This document shows, in pieces, positions 60,801-64,000 of a stretch of DNA of 64,000 nt. The stretch is from NCBI RefSeq assembly GCF_964213995.1, contig NC_135808.1:24676001-24740000 (forward strand). The letters run 5' to 3'. Below the pieces are notes generated by a model. It had not been told where the DNA came from and made no database searches. It saw only the letters and a program-made list of their open reading frames with translations. Made by a program: the position numbers and the translations under genes. Within the stretch, counting starts at the first letter, position 1, and each line of letters begins with the position of its first letter. Origin of the DNA: Mustelus asterias (Eukaryota).

Positions 60801-61683
60801 ATATGAGAAGTTTGATTGATCCGAACTAAGATTTATGGGGACCACTTTCTAACAATAACGTCCAATCGGAAAACGCATCAGGTTATAGAAACGTTAACCA
60901 TTGAGCAGGAAACAAACTTTAAATGATGAATTCAGAAAGAATATGAACCAATTGCCAGTAATTAGCAGCATTTAACAAAAAGAGAAGACAGAGCATCGCT
61001 CTATCCACTTCTCTCTAACAACACCTTCTCCCAACACCTCTCGCTACATCTTGATCTCTATCTCTCTCTGCAATTTCCTCAACGTATCTTCCCATCGCAG
61101 TTCTTCTCATCCTTTTATATGCCACAGCAGATTTCTTTACTATTTAAGAATAGAGAGGTAATTCTGCTATTTCCCCAGAACTGCTCTACGGCAAATACTT
61201 CTCTGGGCGGATTTTAAGCCTACATTGTCCCGAGTGCACTTTCCGTGCCCCTTACATCACATTCTCGAATTGGAGGATACTTTTTCATTTCTTCGTATAT
61301 CACATCCTGTGTCGCACATTCTGTCATCTTCCCTCACTGGGAACTTTGTTTTGGAGATGGCGAGCATAGAGCTGAAGACAAAGGTTAGCTTTAGTTTAAT
61401 TGCCTCAATTTTTAATCATTTCGATTATTTTTTCGGGGATTGGGGGTTGGGAGGGGGGGGGGTGGTGGTGGTGGCGCGGTGTTCTTCACAATGCACCAGT
61501 GTAGCTTTGCAGACCAGCTGGGAACCACTGCTCTAACGTTCTTTTAACATCTCCTTTGGCCCTTCTCTCAACAAGAAGGCTTCTGAGAGTCATTTTAAAA
61601 AAATTCCTTAAACTGTTTAAATCTCACCTTTTTTCCAATTTTTGGAAATTACCCTGGATAAAATATTCTGAAGAACAGCTCAT

Positions 61684-63125
61684 GTGCTCCCACTATTGAA
61701 GAAAGGTTGCAGAGACAAGCCAGGGAAAGTCAGACCAGTGAGTCTCATGTCTGTAGTTGGAAAACTACTGAAGAAGATTCTGAAGGAGAGAATCTCTCTC
61801 CATTTGGAGAGGCAAGGTTTGATCAGGGCTAGTCGGCATAGTTTTGTCAGTGGGAGGTCATGCCGAACAAATTTGATTTTTTTTGAGCATGTAACGAAGT
61901 GAGTGGATGAGGGTAGTGCGGTTGATGTAGTTTACATGGATTTCAGCAAAGCCTTTGACAACGTCCCACATGGGAGACTTTTTAAGAAGGCCAATGCACA
62001 TGTGATGCAAGGTGATCTGACAAGGTTGACTCATAATTGTCTGAGCGGTAGGAGACAGAGGTGACAGATGGCTGCTTTAGTGACTGGAGGCCAGTGAGCA
62101 ATGGTGTACCACAAGGATCTTTGCTGGGTCCACTATTGTTCATCATTTATATAAAAGTCATAGATGACTATGTGGGGCGTAGGATCAGTAAATTTCCCGA
62201 TGACACAAAGATTGGCCTGGAAGTTAACAATGAGTTTGAGTGTCTTGGGTTACAGGAAGAGATTGATGCGATGGTCGAATGGACGGAAAAGTGGCAGATG
62301 GAACTTAACCCCAAAAAGTGTGAGGTGATGCATTTTGGAAGGAGTAATTTTACAAGGAAGTATGTTATGAAAGGTCTGACACTGGGAAGTTCCGAAGAAC
62401 AAAGGGACCTTGGTGTGTTTGTCCATAGATCTCTGAAGGCCAAAAGGCAGGTAAATAGGGTGGTAAAAAGGCACATGGTACACTCGCCTTTATCAATCTG
62501 GGCATAGATTACAAAAGCAGAGAGGTCATAATGGAATTGTATAAAACTTTGGTGAGGCCACAGCTGGAGTACTGTGTGCCGTTCTGGCCGCCACAGTATA
62601 GGAAGGACGTGAACGCACTGGAGGGGGTGCAGAGGAGATTCACCTGGAAGCTGCCTGGAATTGAACATTTAAGTTATGAAGAGAGGTCGGATAGGCTTTG
62701 GTTGTTTTCGTTGGAGCAGAGAAGACTGAGCGTTGACCTGATTGAGGTGTTCTATATTATGAGGGGCATGGACAGGATGGATAGGGAGCAGCTGTTTCCC
62801 ATAGTTGAAGGGTCAGTTACGAGGGGACACAAGTTAAAAGTGAGGGATGGGAGGTTTAATGGGGATGTGAGGAAAAATATTTTTACTCAGAGGGTGGTGA
62901 GAGCCTGGAATGCACTGCCTGGGAGTGTGGTGGAGGTGGGATGCCTCACATCCTTTAAAAAGTACCTGAATGAGTACTTGACACGCCATGACATTCAGGG
63001 CGATGGGCCGCGTGCTGGTAAGTGGGATTAGATGGGCAGTTCAGGGCATTTCATGCATCGTTCAGGCTTAATGGACCAAAGGTATTCTTCTGCACTGCAG
63101 TCTTCTGTGATTCTGTGATTCTGTG
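61684..63125 (+). mobile_element. CR1 LINE, RT region to 3' tail
   Basis: RPVSL, DFSKAFD, PQGSLLGP, FPDDTK and LEYCVPFWPP motifs; (GATTCTGT)n tail. Confidence 0.92.
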
Positions 63126-63127
63126 AA

Positions 63128-64000
63128 AAGCAAATTACTGCGGCTGCTGGCATCTGAAACCAGAAGGAAAAATGATGGAAAAACTCAGCTTGTCTGGTGA
63201 GCATCTGTAGGGAGAGAAAAGAGAGCTGACGTTTCGAGCCAAAACTCAAAGGGATAGAAAGTGGACGATATTTATACTGCAGGGTAATCAAATGAAAGAT
63301 GAATAGTAGGCATAGAAACAAGGCGAAAGGCTGCTAATGGCAGTCCATAGAGAGAACAGAAAGCGTGAATGGCCAAACGGCAGAGAAGCTAAAATCAGAG
63401 GCTAAACTGTGATAGATAAAGATGTGGGTGGAGGTGGGAGATGGGTGGAGGTGGGAGATGGGTGTGAGAGAGGTAAAATTGAGAAAGGGCGAAAGGGGGA
63501 GAAAAGGTAAGGAAAAGGGGGGAATACATAGGGGTAAAGAGTGGGAGGGGAAAGAATAACAAAAAAAGACAATGAAGAAATAAAAGGCAGGGAACAGTTA
63601 AAGTTAAGTGAAATGAAAACAAAGGGGTCGAGATGGGGTAGAGCTAATCACCTGAAGTTTTTGAATTCGATGTTGCGACCGGAAGACTGTAACGTGTCTA
63701 GATGGACAATGAGATGCTGTTCCTCCAGTTTGTGTTGAGCTTCACTGGAACATTGCAGAAGGCCAATGACAAACATATGGGCATGGGAGCAGGGTCGTGC
63801 ATTAAAATGGCAAGCAACTGGAAGGTCAGGGTCCTGATTGCGCACAGACTGAATGTGCTGAGCAATGCGATCACCCAGTCTATGTTTGACCTCTCTGATA
63901 TAGAGGCCACTATATTGCTAGCAGTGAGTGCAACAGACCAAACCGCACCCTGACCATCCCTGTTGGCCGAGGGTTTTCGGAAACAAATGAAAATGGAGGA
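63128..64000 (-). mobile_element. Penelope-like element (family 2) 3' end with GIY-YIG remnant
   Basis: PDLPVACHFN...KLEEQHLIVHLDTLQSSGRNIEF; terminus like 39375 and 48338; partial hammerhead CTCGAAACGTCAGCT. Confidence 0.8.

Overview
Eukaryotic, repeat-dense vertebrate DNA, almost certainly from a shark. This is inferred from HE1-type tRNA-derived SINEs, CR1/HER1-type LINEs and an elasmobranch-style MHC class I alpha-3 exon. Host genes: (1) the 3' half of an MHC class I heavy-chain gene on + (alpha-3 exon 4843-5106, transmembrane exon from 12123, and two candidate, duplicated cytoplasmic last exons at 17428 and 22868); (2) an intact two-exon GPR139/GPR142-like orphan GPCR on - (41647-41584 plus 34829-33928, 321 aa); (3) a divergently oriented pseudogene of the same GPCR family (51219-57760), split by a two-LTR class I endogenous retrovirus (52085-57723). 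Most of the rest is mobile DNA: nested CR1 LINEs, more than a dozen SINEs, a deleted Gypsy LTR element, a Harbinger-type non-autonomous transposon, two Penelope-like families with minimal hammerhead motifs, and G-rich minisatellites. The most unusual object is a 328-bp, hairpin-rich, A-tailed retroposon with two U2 snRNA-derived heads and an 18-bp target-site duplication (47347-47674). Most listed short ORFs are artefacts of repeats. All alignments were done by eye; boundaries of degraded repeats are approximate.
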